Below, in pieces: positions 19,751 through 31,245 of a DNA stretch of 32,000 nucleotides. A program made the translations under genes and the position numbers. How positions within the stretch are numbered: the stretch's first letter is position 1; every line of letters begins with the position of its first letter. Origin of the DNA: Mycolicibacterium smegmatis. GTDB taxonomy: Bacteria; Actinomycetota; Actinomycetes; Mycobacteriales; Mycobacteriaceae. The stretch lies in the NCBI RefSeq assembly GCF_001457595.1, contig NZ_LN831039.1, positions 930,001 to 962,000 of the forward strand. The letters are read 5' to 3'. The notes under the pieces are model-generated. The model was not told the DNA's origin. It was given only the letters and a program-made list of their open reading frames with translations, and did no database searches.

Positions 19751-21505
19751 ATGACGACTGAAGCAGAGATGACCGAACCCGCGGACGCCGCGCTCGCAGA
19801 AACCGCCCGGCGCCGCAAGCGCATGGACCACGACCACCCGTTCTACAAGTGGATCGCGCTGTCCAACACCACACTGGGCACCCTGATGGCGACCATCAAC
19901 GCGTCAATCGTGCTGATATCGCTGCCCGCCATCTTCCGCGGCATCGGGCTCAATCCGCTCGACCCGGCAAATGTCAGCTACCTGTTGTGGATGCTGATGG
20001 GCTACCTCGTGGTGACGGCCGTGCTGGTGGTGCTCTTCGGCCGCCTCGGCGACATGTACGGGCGGGTCCGGATCTACAACATCGGCTTCGTCGTCTTCAC
20101 CGTCGCGGCCGTCGCGCTGTCGGTCGACCCGTTCCACGTCGGTGGGGGAGCGGTGTGGCTGATCGCCTGGCGCGTCGTGCAGGGCGTCGGCGGCGCGATG
20201 CTCATGGCGTCGTCGTCGGCGATCCTCACCGACGCGTTCCCGGCCAACCAGCGCGGCATGGCGCTCGGCACCAACATGGTCTCGGCCGTCGCGGGATCGT
20301 TCCTGGGCCTGCTGATCGGCGGCGTGCTCTCCGAGTGGGACTGGCGCGCGATCTTCTGGGTCGGCGTCCCCGTCGGCATACTCGGCACCGTCTGGAGCTA
20401 TCGCTCACTCAAGGAACTCGGCGTGCGCACGCCCGGCAAGCTGGACTGGGCGGGCACCCTCACCTTCGGCATCGGGCTGACCGTGCTGCTCACCGGCATC
20501 ACCTATGGCATCCAGCCTTACGGCGACTCGACCACCGGGTGGACCAGTCCGTTCGTGCTCGGTGCGATCGTCGCCGGACTGGGCCTGCTGATCGCGTTCT
20601 GCCTGATCGAACTTCGTGTGCCCAACCCGATGATGAACATCAGGCTGTTTCGGTCGACGGCGTTCGGCATGGGCAACCTGGCCGGCCTGATGTCCTCGGT
20701 CGGCCGCGGCGGCCTGCAGTTCATGCTGATCATCTGGCTGCAGGGCATCTGGCTCCCGTTGCACGGCTACAGCTTCGAATCCACCCCGCTGTGGGCGGGT
20801 ATCTACATGCTGCCCATGACCATCGGGTTCCTGGTGTCCGGCCCGCTCGCCGGATCCCTGTCCGACCGCTTCGGCGCGCGGCCGTTCACCGTCGGCGGCA
20901 TGGTGATCATGGCCGCGACCTTCGTGGCGCTGGTGATGATCCCCGTCGACTTCGACTACTGGCTGTTCGCGGTCCTGGTGTTCCTCAACGGTCTGGGCGG
21001 CGGCATTTTCACCGCGCCCAACTCCGCGGCCGTGATGTCGGCCGTCCCGGCAGGCGAACGCGGCGCGGCCTCGGGTGTGCGCGCGACGTTCTTCAACGCC
21101 GGATCGTCGTTGTCGATCGGCATCTTCTTCTCGCTGATGATCGTCGGCCTGGCCGGGACGCTGCCCACCGCGATGAGCGCAGGTCTTGAGCAGCAAGGTG
21201 TTTCGGCGTCGGTGGCGCACGAGGTGGCCAATCTTCCTCCGGTCGGCAGCCTGTTCGCGGCGTTCCTGGGCTACAACCCGATCGCCGAACTGCTCGCGCC
21301 CTTCCACGCGTTGCAGCAGCCGGGCGTGAACGCCGACGTGCTCACCGGCCAGCAGTTCTTCCCGCAGTTGATCACCGCACCGTTCCACGCCGGGCTCACG
21401 GTGGTGTTCATCGCGGCCGCGGTGATGATGGTGATCGGTGCGATCGCGTCGATGTTCAACGCCGGCCGCTATGGGACGGAGGCGGGAGCCGACAACGAGG
21501 CCTGA
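19751..21505 (+). CDS. MFS transporter, DHA2 (14-TM) drug-efflux-like
   Basis: [61 protein letters not shown], and [25 protein letters not shown] motif C-like region. Confidence 0.94.
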   Translation: MTTEAEMTEPADAALAETARRRKRMDHDHPFYKWIALSNTTLGTLMATINASIVLISLPAIFRGIGLNPLDPANVSYLLWMLMGYLVVTAVLVVLFGRLGDMYGRVRIYNIGFVVFTVAAVALSVDPFHVGGGAVWLIAWRVVQGVGGAMLMASSSAILTDAFPANQRGMALGTNMVSAVAGSFLGLLIGGVLSEWDWRAIFWVGVPVGILGTVWSYRSLKELGVRTPGKLDWAGTLTFGIGLTVLLTGITYGIQPYGDSTTGWTSPFVLGAIVAGLGLLIAFCLIELRVPNPMMNIRLFRSTAFGMGNLAGLMSSVGRGGLQFMLIIWLQGIWLPLHGYSFESTPLWAGIYMLPMTIGFLVSGPLAGSLSDRFGARPFTVGGMVIMAATFVALVMIPVDFDYWLFAVLVFLNGLGGGIFTAPNSAAVMSAVPAGERGAASGVRATFFNAGSSLSIGIFFSLMIVGLAGTLPTAMSAGLEQQGVSASVAHEVANLPPVGSLFAAFLGYNPIAELLAPFHALQQPGVNADVLTGQQFFPQLITAPFHAGLTVVFIAAAVMMVIGAIASMFNAGRYGTEAGADNEA

Positions 21506-21532
21506 GAGGCGGGAGCCGACAACGAGGCCTGA
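21479..21532 (+). repeat. Perfect 27-bp tandem duplication (2 copies) spanning the MFS stop codon
   Basis: GAGGCGGGAGCCGACAACGAGGCCTGA at 21479-21505, repeated exactly at 21506-21532. Confidence 0.98.
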
Positions 21533-21538
21533 ATACGA

Positions 21539-21607
21539 CAACGCCGAGACCGACGAAAACGTCGTTGTCCGTGAGGATTTACGACGAAAACGTCGATCTC
21601 GGCGTTG
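21539..21607. terminator. Compound inverted repeat between convergent genes (possible bidirectional terminator)
   Basis: Left arm CAACGCCGAGACCGACGAAAACGTCG (21539-21564), right arm CGACGAAAACGTCGATCTCGGCGTTG (21582-21607): 11 bp + 5 bp + 5 bp pairing interrupted by one mismatch and an A4/A4 internal loop. Confidence 0.6.
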
Positions 21608-21620
21608 AGGCAAGCGAGCG

Positions 21621-22688
21621 TCAGGGCGTCGGGGCACCCGGGTTCGCGGCGGGCACGAGCGTCGGGATGCCACCGGCGGTGAGCGGCGCGTCGCTGCCGG
21701 CCGGGACAGTCGGCGTCGTCGACCCGTCGACCGGGGCAGGCGTCACGGGCGCGGCCGGAGCCTCACCCGCAGGCGCGGTCGGAACGTCCTGTGCACCGGG
21801 AGCCGGAGCCGCGGGAGCCGGCTGGCCCGCAGCGGGAGCGGCGGGCGCCTGCTGGACCGCGGCGGGCAACGGGGTACCCACGCTTTCGCCCGGAGTGACG
21901 CTGTCCTGCGACAGCTCGTCGGGGAGGTCATCGGTCAGCTCTTCGGCGAGGGCCTCGTCGGCCGCGTCGTCGGCGAGCGGCGGGACCGTGCTGCCCGGGA
22001 TGTCGGTGGCCGCGGCCCCAGCGCCGGGTGCGGCGGCCGGTGCGGCACCGGTCGGCGCGACGGCGGGCGACTCGGGGACGAGTTCGGTGGCGGGAGTGTT
22101 CGACGCCGGCGCGGTGGTCACCGGGGCCGTGCGGGCCGGGGTCGACGCGGCCGTGCCCGATCCGGTGGCTGCCGGGCGCGGCGACGTCGTCGATGCCGCG
22201 GTCTGCGACCAGGCCAGCAGGTCACGCTCACCGTCGTTGTAGACGACGGTGGTCGGTGCCTCACCGGTGACGTCGAAATAGACCTTGCCGGTGGTCTTCT
22301 GGCCCGGTGCCAGTGTCGAGGGGTTGACGCCCTGCGGCGTGGCGACCTGGAACAACACGCGGTAGTTCTCGCCGTTCGCGGCCCTGGCGTTGAGGTTCGA
22401 CACGATCGGGATGACCGAGCCCGAAACGGCCTCGTCGGTGGCCGTGGCCTCCCACAGCGTTCCCTGCACGGCATAGGGGATCTGGTCCGAACTCGGCTTC
22501 AGGTCGCTGATGGTCCAGGCCTGCACGACGTCGCCGTTCTCCAGCCTGGCCTGGCTGCCGAGCGGGTTCGCCGACACCTGTGCGGCCTGTGCCGCCTCGG
22601 CGAACGCGGTCGCCATCCCCGCGGTGCCCGCGGCGCCCGAAATGGCGAGCGCGGCCGCGGCGGCGATGGTCAATTGTGAGATCTTCAT
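21621..22688 (-). CDS. Exported MPT63/DUF1942-like protein with long Pro/Ala/Thr-rich C-terminal tail
   Basis: Signal peptide MKISQLTIAAAAALAISGAAGTAGMATAFA; core VVQAWTISDLKPSSDQIPYAVQGTLWEATATDEAVSGSVIPIVSNLNARAANGENYRVLFQVA...TTGKVYFDVTGEAPTTVVYNDGERDLLAW closely resembles mycobacterial MPT63. Remainder is low complexity. Confidence 0.85.
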   Translation of the reverse strand: MKISQLTIAAAAALAISGAAGTAGMATAFAEAAQAAQVSANPLGSQARLENGDVVQAWTISDLKPSSDQIPYAVQGTLWEATATDEAVSGSVIPIVSNLNARAANGENYRVLFQVATPQGVNPSTLAPGQKTTGKVYFDVTGEAPTTVVYNDGERDLLAWSQTAASTTSPRPAATGSGTAASTPARTAPVTTAPASNTPATELVPESPAVAPTGAAPAAAPGAGAAATDIPGSTVPPLADDAADEALAEELTDDLPDELSQDSVTPGESVGTPLPAAVQQAPAAPAAGQPAPAAPAPGAQDVPTAPAGEAPAAPVTPAPVDGSTTPTVPAGSDAPLTAGGIPTLVPAANPGAPTP

Positions 22689-22892
22689 GGTGGTCCACTC
22701 CAAAGAGTCGTCAGTTGACGGCTTCCCCCAACTGGGCGGTTTTCCGCCGGCACGAGCCGACAGCGAAATCAATCGTACGAGACCCTTGATACCGTGCCAC
22801 GCACTTTTTCGCTGGAAAGCAGGGATTATCGAGGGTCGCGGGAATGGCTGTACCCGATTGTCGGGGCAAATTCACGCGTTGTTCAGATGTCG

Positions 22893-23675
22893 TCAGTTCA
22901 GTTCGACGAGCACGGGTGCGTGATCGCTGGGAGACTTCCCTTTGCGCTCCTCGCGGACGATCTCGGCGTGGCCCACGCGTTGCGCGAACGCGGGTGACCC
23001 GAGGATGAAGTCGATCCGCATGCCCTGGCGCTTGGGAAACCGCAACTGGGTGTAATCCCAGTAGGTGTACACGCCTGGCCCCGGTGCGAAGGGCCGCACC
23101 ACGTCGGCGAACTGAGCATCGACGATCGCCTGGAAAGCGGCACGCTCCTTTTCCGTGACGTGTGTCGAGCCGGCGAAGAAGTCGATGTCCCACACGTCCT
23201 CGTCGGTGGGGGCGATATTCCAATCGCCGGTCAGTGCGATTTGTGCCTGTGGATCGTCGGCCAGCCATTTCTGGGCGTTGTCCCGCAACGCCGCGAGCCA
23301 TTCGAGTTTGTAGGCGTAATGCGGCGAATCAACTGTGCGCCCATTGGGCACGTACAGGCTCCATACGCGCACCCCGCCACACGTCGCGGCCAGGGCGCGA
23401 GCCTCGGCGGCCGCCTCCCACGCGGGTTGGTTGTCGAACCCGAGCTGCACGTTCTCCAGGCCGACGCGGGAGGCGATCGCGACCCCGTTCCACTGGTTGA
23501 GCCCGTGGTAGGCCACCTCGTACCCGAGTTCGACGAACGGCATGGCCGGGAACTTGTCGTCGGAGCACTTGGTCTCCTGCATGGCCAGCACGTCCACGTC
23601 GGCGCGCGCGAGCCAGTCGGTGACGCGGTCGACTCGGGCGCGGATCGAGTTGACGTTCCAGGTGGCCAGGCGCAT
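22893..23675 (-). CDS. xthA: Exodeoxyribonuclease III
   Basis: MRLATWNVNSIRARVDRVTDWL, LAMQETKCSDDKFP, TGDWNIAPTDEDVWD, MRIDFILGS, SDHAPVLVEL, all conserved ExoIII blocks. Confidence 0.95.
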   Translation of the reverse strand: MRLATWNVNSIRARVDRVTDWLARADVDVLAMQETKCSDDKFPAMPFVELGYEVAYHGLNQWNGVAIASRVGLENVQLGFDNQPAWEAAAEARALAATCGGVRVWSLYVPNGRTVDSPHYAYKLEWLAALRDNAQKWLADDPQAQIALTGDWNIAPTDEDVWDIDFFAGSTHVTEKERAAFQAIVDAQFADVVRPFAPGPGVYTYWDYTQLRFPKRQGMRIDFILGSPAFAQRVGHAEIVREERKGKSPSDHAPVLVELN

Positions 23676-23862
23676 GCACAAGAGGGTACGGGCGGGTGCG
23701 GTCGGTGAGAGCCGGTGCCCCTCGCGGCCTTCTGCGGGAATATGCCGAACCCGCATGCGCCCATACCAGGGGCGTTATGGAGGTTCGAGCTGTTCGGGGT
23801 GTTTACCGAATGCGGCCGTCGCAAACCCGACCGGCTGGAACACCGACGAACAGGAGACAGAC

Positions 23863-24579
23863 ATGACATCACGACGGGTACTGATCAGCGGTGCCTCGAA
23901 GGGCATCGGCCGGGCACTGGCCGACCGCCTGGCCGCCGACGGCCATCAGCCCGTCGGCCTCGCGCGCACGCCGACGCCGGACTTTCCCGGGAAGCTCTTC
24001 CAGGTCGATCTGAGCGACCGCGCCGCCACCGACGACGCCCTGGCCGCGGTGCTGGCCGACGGCCCGATCGAGGCCGTGGTGAACAACGTCGCAGGCGCGC
24101 GGTTCGCGCGGATCGGTGAGATCGACCTGGACGATTTGTTTTCCACGTACGACATGACCATGCGGATCGCCGTCCAGGTCACTCAGGCCGTTCTGCCGGG
24201 AATGCTCGACGCGGGATGGGGTCGCGTCGTCAACGTCACGAGCCTGACCACGCAGGGCACCCCGCTGCGCACGCCGTACGCCGCGGCGAAGGCCGCGCTG
24301 GAAACGGCCACCAAGACCTGGGCCGGTGAACTCGCGACGTCGGGTATCACGGTGAACGCCGTCGCGCCCGGCCCGACCGAGACCGAGATGTACCGCGAGC
24401 GCAGCCCGCAGGGTTCGGAGTTGGAGCGCAGGTTCCTGGAGAACATCCCGATGCGCCGCGTGGGTCAACCGCGCGAGATCGCACACGTGATCGCATCGCT
24501 CCTCCACGACGACGCCGGCTACATCACGGGTCAGATCGTCCGCGTGGACGGCGGCGGGAGCGTCAGCGGAGCGTGGTGA
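23863..24579 (+). CDS. Short-chain dehydrogenase/reductase
   Basis: In-frame ATG at 23863: MTSRRVLISGASKGIGRALADRLAADGH, VNNVAGA, PYAAAKAALETATKTWA (YxxxK), VNAVAPGPTETEMYRE. Confidence 0.94.
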   Translation: MTSRRVLISGASKGIGRALADRLAADGHQPVGLARTPTPDFPGKLFQVDLSDRAATDDALAAVLADGPIEAVVNNVAGARFARIGEIDLDDLFSTYDMTMRIAVQVTQAVLPGMLDAGWGRVVNVTSLTTQGTPLRTPYAAAKAALETATKTWAGELATSGITVNAVAPGPTETEMYRERSPQGSELERRFLENIPMRRVGQPREIAHVIASLLHDDAGYITGQIVRVDGGGSVSGAW

Positions 24580-25489
24580 GATCCTCGGCCGCGACGTACC
24601 GCGTCTGGTGGTGTAAACGAAATCCCAGCGAACTGTAGAGCGTGATCGCCGGGGCGTTGTCGACCTCGACCTGCACGTAGGCGCGCTGCGCACCCGCGGC
24701 CGCGCCCCAGGCCAGCAGGGCGTCACACACCGCGCGGGCGTATCCCTGGCGCCGGGCCTGTGCCGCCACGCGCACCGAGGAGATCCCCAGCCAGCGTGTG
24801 CCGTCGGGGGCGGGTGTCACCGCGCCGCGCCCGACGGCGCTGCCCGCCACCGAGGCGAACGTCACCTCGCCGTCGACAACCGCGGTGAGGACCTCGACCG
24901 GCACCTTGCGTTCGTAGCCCGCGAGCCAGTCCGCGTCGGGCCGGGACACGAACTGCGCATCGATGTTCCGGCCTTCACCGGCGGTGTGATCGGGGCCGCC
25001 AGGGGGCACGTCGCGCACCATCACCCGCGCCGGTTTGATGCCCGCCGCGCGGATGGGCAGCAGGCGCTCCGGCAGCGCCAGCCACGCGGGCAGGTCACGT
25101 CGGCGGTACCACTCGACGAGAGCCGGGAGGTCCGCGATCTGTGCCGACATGTCCAGGGGCACAGCGGAATTGGCACGGCTCGTGGCGCCAAGGCCGGCGC
25201 GCGCGAACCAGCCGCCCAGCCACTGCTGCTCGGTGCCGGGCCATGCGAGCGCGGCGGCGTGTTCGAGTGCGCGGATCTCAGAAGCGCGCACCGGCGTGTG
25301 CGAGAGTTCGCGCACGCTCACGATCGCGGCGGGCTCCACCTCGACGAGCTCACCGGACCTGGTGCGCACGCCGACCGTGGGGGAGATCCGCTCGACGTGC
25401 CCGATCACATCGGTGAGCGGTTTCGCCGAGCCCGCCAGGAGCCGATACCGCAGGCTGACCCGGGTGCCGACGGCGGGGAGCTCAGACAT
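24563..25489 (-). CDS. GNAT-family N-acetyltransferase with N-terminal SH3-like domain (resembles M. tuberculosis Rv0428c)
   Basis: C-terminal LGISSVRVAAQARRQGYARAVCDALLAWGAAAGAQRAYVQVEVDNAPAITLYSSLGFRLHHQTRYV acetyl-CoA-binding motifs; position next to def. Confidence 0.88.
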   Translation of the reverse strand: MSELPAVGTRVSLRYRLLAGSAKPLTDVIGHVERISPTVGVRTRSGELVEVEPAAIVSVRELSHTPVRASEIRALEHAAALAWPGTEQQWLGGWFARAGLGATSRANSAVPLDMSAQIADLPALVEWYRRRDLPAWLALPERLLPIRAAGIKPARVMVRDVPPGGPDHTAGEGRNIDAQFVSRPDADWLAGYERKVPVEVLTAVVDGEVTFASVAGSAVGRGAVTPAPDGTRWLGISSVRVAAQARRQGYARAVCDALLAWGAAAGAQRAYVQVEVDNAPAITLYSSLGFRLHHQTRYVAAEDLTTLR

Positions 25490-25507
25490 CAGGCACCTCG
25501 GCGGGTG

Positions 25508-26101
25508 TCAGTGCCCGAACGGATCGGGCACCTCACCGGGCATCCAGGACAGGCCCGGCACGCCCCAGCCGTTGCGTTTGACGGCCTTCTTGGCTGCGCG
25601 CGCGTACCGGCCGACGAGGCGGTCGAGATACAGGAATCCGTCGAGGTGCCCGGTCTCGTGCTGCAGCATGCGAGCAAACAAGTCCTCGCCCTCGAGTGTG
25701 ATCGGTGACCCGTCGGCATCCAGGCCGGTGACCCGCGCCCAGTCGGCGCGCCCGGTCGGGAAGTTCTCGCCGGGAACCGACAGGCAGCCCTCTTCGTCCT
25801 CGTCGGGATCCGGCATGGTCTCCGGTACCTCGGAGGTCTCCAGAACCGGGTTGATCACGACGCCGCGGCGGCGTGTGGTCTGCCCGCGGGTGGGGGCGCA
25901 GTCGTACACGAACAACCGCTTGGCGACGCCGATCTGGTTCGCCGCCAAGCCCACCCCGTTCGCGGCGTCCATCGTGTCGAACATGTCCTGGATGAGCGCG
26001 GGCAGATCATCGGGTAGTGAACCGTCGGGACCGACGGGGACCGGTTCGGTCGGCGTGTGCAGTACTGGGTCTCCGACAATGCGGATCGGGACGACGGCCA
26101 T
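25508..26101 (-). CDS. def: Peptide deformylase
   Basis: [19 protein letters not shown], and [17 protein letters not shown] metal/active-site motifs. Confidence 0.96.
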   Translation of the reverse strand: MAVVPIRIVGDPVLHTPTEPVPVGPDGSLPDDLPALIQDMFDTMDAANGVGLAANQIGVAKRLFVYDCAPTRGQTTRRRGVVINPVLETSEVPETMPDPDEDEEGCLSVPGENFPTGRADWARVTGLDADGSPITLEGEDLFARMLQHETGHLDGFLYLDRLVGRYARAAKKAVKRNGWGVPGLSWMPGEVPDPFGH

Positions 26102-26228
26102 GGACCAAAAGCTTATGTGAGCCGACTCGCGGGCTTATGTGTCACCTCAACCCAGCAAGCCGTGGTTGAATGATCGGCGAACCACAGCGATGTAATTTCT
26201 CGAGTGTCGGAAGGGTCCAGGGAGCAAT

Positions 26229-26540
26229 ATGGACGGCGCCATGGCGCGGACTGAGCAATCCGGTGACGACTCTGATCTGACCGATGGGCTTACCCGGCGC
26301 GAACACGACATTTTGGCGTTCGAGCGCCAGTGGTGGAAGTACGCGGGCAGCAAGGAAGACGCGATCAAAGAGCTGTTCTCGATGTCGGCCACCCGGTATT
26401 ACCAGGTGCTGAACGCACTGGTGGACCGGCCCGAGGCCCTCGCTGCCGACCCCATGCTGGTCAAACGTCTGCGCCGGTTGCGTGCCAGCCGGCAGAAGGC
26501 CCGTGCCGCGCGCCGGCTGGGCTTCGACATCAGCAAGTAA
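26229..26540 (+). CDS. DUF3263 family protein (resembles M. tuberculosis Rv0430)
   Basis: LTRREHDILAFERQWWKYAGSKEDAIKELFSMSATRYYQVLNALVDRPEALAADPMLVKRLRRLRASRQKARAARR; gene order. Start could be the ATG at 26241. Confidence 0.9.
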   Translation: MDGAMARTEQSGDDSDLTDGLTRREHDILAFERQWWKYAGSKEDAIKELFSMSATRYYQVLNALVDRPEALAADPMLVKRLRRLRASRQKARAARRLGFDISK

Positions 26541-26579
26541 GGCTCACGCGGTGACGGATCGGGCGATTCGCTCGATACA

Positions 26580-28888
<2,309 letters not shown>

Positions 28889-28898
28889 GGTGGGTCCC

Positions 28899-29354
28899 AT
28901 GCGGCGATTGACGGTTGCTGGGCTCGCTTTCGGGTTGGTCGGCGCCTTGGTCGGTGTGACGGGCTGCGCCACGGTCACGGAGGGCACGCCGACAGCGGAT
29001 CCGGCACAGGTCCGCATCGCACAGTCCGAGAGCGCCCCGACGACCACCAGGCGCACGCCCACCCGCACTCCCAGCGCGGCACCGCGCACGCCGCTGTTCC
29101 CACCGCCGAGCGCGGGCGGCAGCGCCGGACCGAGCAAGCCGCCGCCCAACGGCATGGCCACCACGTGCCGGGAGTATGCGTCGATGGACGACGCGACCAA
29201 GCTGGGGATGGTGGAACTCCTCGGCGACAACGGCTATCCGGGGCTCAAGCGCAACCCGTTGCTGTGGGTCACCCTGGTCGGCACCATGTGCGTGCTTGCC
29301 CCGAGCCCCAGCACCACGGTGGTCGACGCGATCAACCGCAAGCCGCCGCGCTGA
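28899..29354 (+). CDS. Putative lipoprotein, DUF732-like C-terminus
   Basis: Signal/lipobox MRRLTVAGLAFGLVGALVGVTGC, Pro/Thr linker, then CREYASMDDATKLGMVELLGDNGYPGL...LVGTMCVL. Confidence 0.8.
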   Translation: MRRLTVAGLAFGLVGALVGVTGCATVTEGTPTADPAQVRIAQSESAPTTTRRTPTRTPSAAPRTPLFPPPSAGGSAGPSKPPPNGMATTCREYASMDDATKLGMVELLGDNGYPGLKRNPLLWVTLVGTMCVLAPSPSTTVVDAINRKPPR

Positions 29355-29362
29355 CGGTGCTG

Positions 29363-30412
29363 TTATGAAACATCCTGTGACACAACAGGTGTCGGATCAA
29401 GACCATATGCGTCGAGGTCGCCTGTCATCCGCCTGGGGCGCGGGCGAACCGCCTTGTAGTGGCAGGTGATGTAGATCCACGACTCGAGGCTCGCGACGCC
29501 GTCGATCCCCCGGATCTCGTTGTCCAGCACCGTGATCAGATCCTCACCCGTCCGGGTGATCACCTCGGTCAGCACATCCCAGCGTCCGGCGGTGAGCGCC
29601 ACGTACGACACCGCGTCCAGCCGGGTCAGCGCCTCGGCGACCTCCTCGGCCCGGGTACGGCCCGCGACGCGGATGGTCACCCAACTGCTGTAGCGGTAAC
29701 CCAGACGCAGGGGGTTGACGATGCACATCACCCTGGCGGCATTGGACTCCAACAGCCGGTTGTAGCGGAAACGGATCGTGGTCTCCGAAACACCAAGGGC
29801 CGCAGCGAAATCCCGGAACGCCGCACGGCCGTCGACGGCGAGCCGGGACAAGATGGCGCGGTCGGTCTCGTCGAGAGTGCGGGGCCGGACGCCGTGGTCG
29901 ACGAGGTTGGCCGAAAGACCTGCCTGCTGATAGTGGAGGCGCAGATACGGCAGCAGCTCGACCGAACGGACTCCGGGCGTCTTGGCGATCGTGCCGAAGG
30001 CGACGTCGTGCAGTTCCCGCGCGTCGGCGCACACCAGCTCCAGCACCACCGGGTACGGGCCCGTTGTCGATGTGACGTAGTCGGTTTCCGGTAGCTGCGC
30101 GAGCCCGGCCGCCAGATCGACCGGGGACCGGGTGCCGTCCGTGGTCACCAGTGCCAGGGCCAATGAGCCGAACCCGAGCAGCGCGGGGTCCGTCACGGCG
30201 GCGATCGTCACGAAGTTTTCGTCGATCAGTCGCGAAACGCGTCGGCGCACAGTCTTTTCGGTGACGTCGACGCGACGTGCCAGCTCCGCGTACGGGATCC
30301 GGCCGTCCACCTGCAGGTGATGGATCAACTGCAGGTCCAGGGAATCGAGATCGCCGGCCACCGCATCGGACTGCAGCGGCCGATTCCCGTACGACTCCGG
30401 TGGCGATGGCAT
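29363..30412 (-). CDS. Lrp/AsnC-family regulator with two HTH-AsnC units
   Basis: Unit 1 SLDLQLIHHLQVDGRIPYAELARRVDVTEKTVRRRVSRLIDENFVTI; unit 2 LDETDRAILSRLAVDGRAAFRDFAAALGVSETTIRFRYNRLLESNAARV. Confidence 0.9.
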   Translation of the reverse strand: MPSPPESYGNRPLQSDAVAGDLDSLDLQLIHHLQVDGRIPYAELARRVDVTEKTVRRRVSRLIDENFVTIAAVTDPALLGFGSLALALVTTDGTRSPVDLAAGLAQLPETDYVTSTTGPYPVVLELVCADARELHDVAFGTIAKTPGVRSVELLPYLRLHYQQAGLSANLVDHGVRPRTLDETDRAILSRLAVDGRAAFRDFAAALGVSETTIRFRYNRLLESNAARVMCIVNPLRLGYRYSSWVTIRVAGRTRAEEVAEALTRLDAVSYVALTAGRWDVLTEVITRTGEDLITVLDNEIRGIDGVASLESWIYITCHYKAVRPRPRRMTGDLDAYGLDPTPVVSQDVS

Positions 30413-30508
30413 GCACAGAGGTTACTAGCCTTGCGGTGACCGCTCGATCCGTCGCGAACCGTCTCGGGACGCATTGACCTGCGCGCGGCCAGGGACCATC
30501 CTGGCCGC

Positions 30509-31135
30509 ATGACGGTCACCCCGATGTTCCCGCTCGAAGTGGCGATGCTGCCGGGCGAGGAACTTCCGCTGAGGATCTTCGAACCCCGGTATCTGGCACT
30601 GGTCAGCGACTGCATGGCCATGCCGGAACCGGCGTTCGGGGTGGTGCTGATCTCGGCCGGGCGCGAGGTGGGTGGCGGTGACAGGCGATGCGACATCGGG
30701 GCGCTGGCGCGGATCATCGACTGCCAGAACCTCGGCGCCGACCGGTACCGGCTGGCGTGCGTGCTCGGCGAGCGCATCCGGGTGCTGCAGTGGCTCGACG
30801 ACGCGCCCTACCCGCGCGCCGACCTCGAGCCGTGGCCCGACGAACCGGGTGAGCCCGTCGAGGAGTCGGAGGTGGCCGCCGTCGAGGAACGCATCGTCGC
30901 GTTGTTCGACCTGATCGGGGAGGCCAGCGGGAAACCCGTGCCCAGCCGTGACATCGTCGCCGCTGCCGGTCTGGACCCCGAGAATCGGCTGTATGCGCTG
31001 GCAGCGCGCGTGCCGATGGGTCAGGCCGACCGCTACTCGGTGCTGTCTGCGCCCACCGAGGCCGCGCGTCTGGCAGCCCTGAGCGAAGCCGTCGACACTG
31101 TCACCGCGATGGTCGAGTTCCAGATTTCCGAATAG
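30509..31135 (+). CDS. LON substrate-binding domain protein (resembles M. tuberculosis Rv0434)
   Basis: MFPLEVAMLPGEELPLRIFEPRYLALVSDCMAMPEPAFGVVLISAGREVGGGDRRCDIGALARI. Confidence 0.9.
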   Translation: MTVTPMFPLEVAMLPGEELPLRIFEPRYLALVSDCMAMPEPAFGVVLISAGREVGGGDRRCDIGALARIIDCQNLGADRYRLACVLGERIRVLQWLDDAPYPRADLEPWPDEPGEPVEESEVAAVEERIVALFDLIGEASGKPVPSRDIVAAAGLDPENRLYALAARVPMGQADRYSVLSAPTEAARLAALSEAVDTVTAMVEFQISE

Positions 31136-31171
31136 AGCGAATAGATCGACCGTTCGCAGCGTTAACTATTG

Positions 31172-31235
31172 CGAGTGTGAAACCTCTGCGATTTTTTGGC
31201 GATTTATTCGCAGAGGTTTCGCACTCGTCTTTTTG
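31172..31235 (+). terminator. Strong hairpin followed by a T-tract between convergent genes
   Basis: Arms CGAGTGTGAAACCTCTGCGA (31172-31191) / TCGCAGAGGTTTCGCACTCG (31208-31227), 20 bp with one G-U wobble, followed by TCTTTTT. Confidence 0.8.
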
Positions 31236-31245
31236 GCCGCTGACC

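Noticed and set aside
19849-21673. ORFs 19849-21189 (+) and 20405-21673 (-) over the DHA2 transporter
   Set aside because: Alternative frames of a clear 14-TM transporter. Translations are Arg/Gly/His-rich without motifs.
21565-22242. Plus-strand 225-aa ORF rich in Ala/Gly/Ser/Pro
   Set aside because: Mirror of the Pro/Ala repeat-like tail of the MPT63-like gene; low complexity explains the open frame.
29371-29390. CCTGT-GACACA-ACAGG mini-hairpin near the convergent 29354/29363 stops
   Set aside because: Short stem lying inside the Lrp coding end; insufficient to call a terminator.
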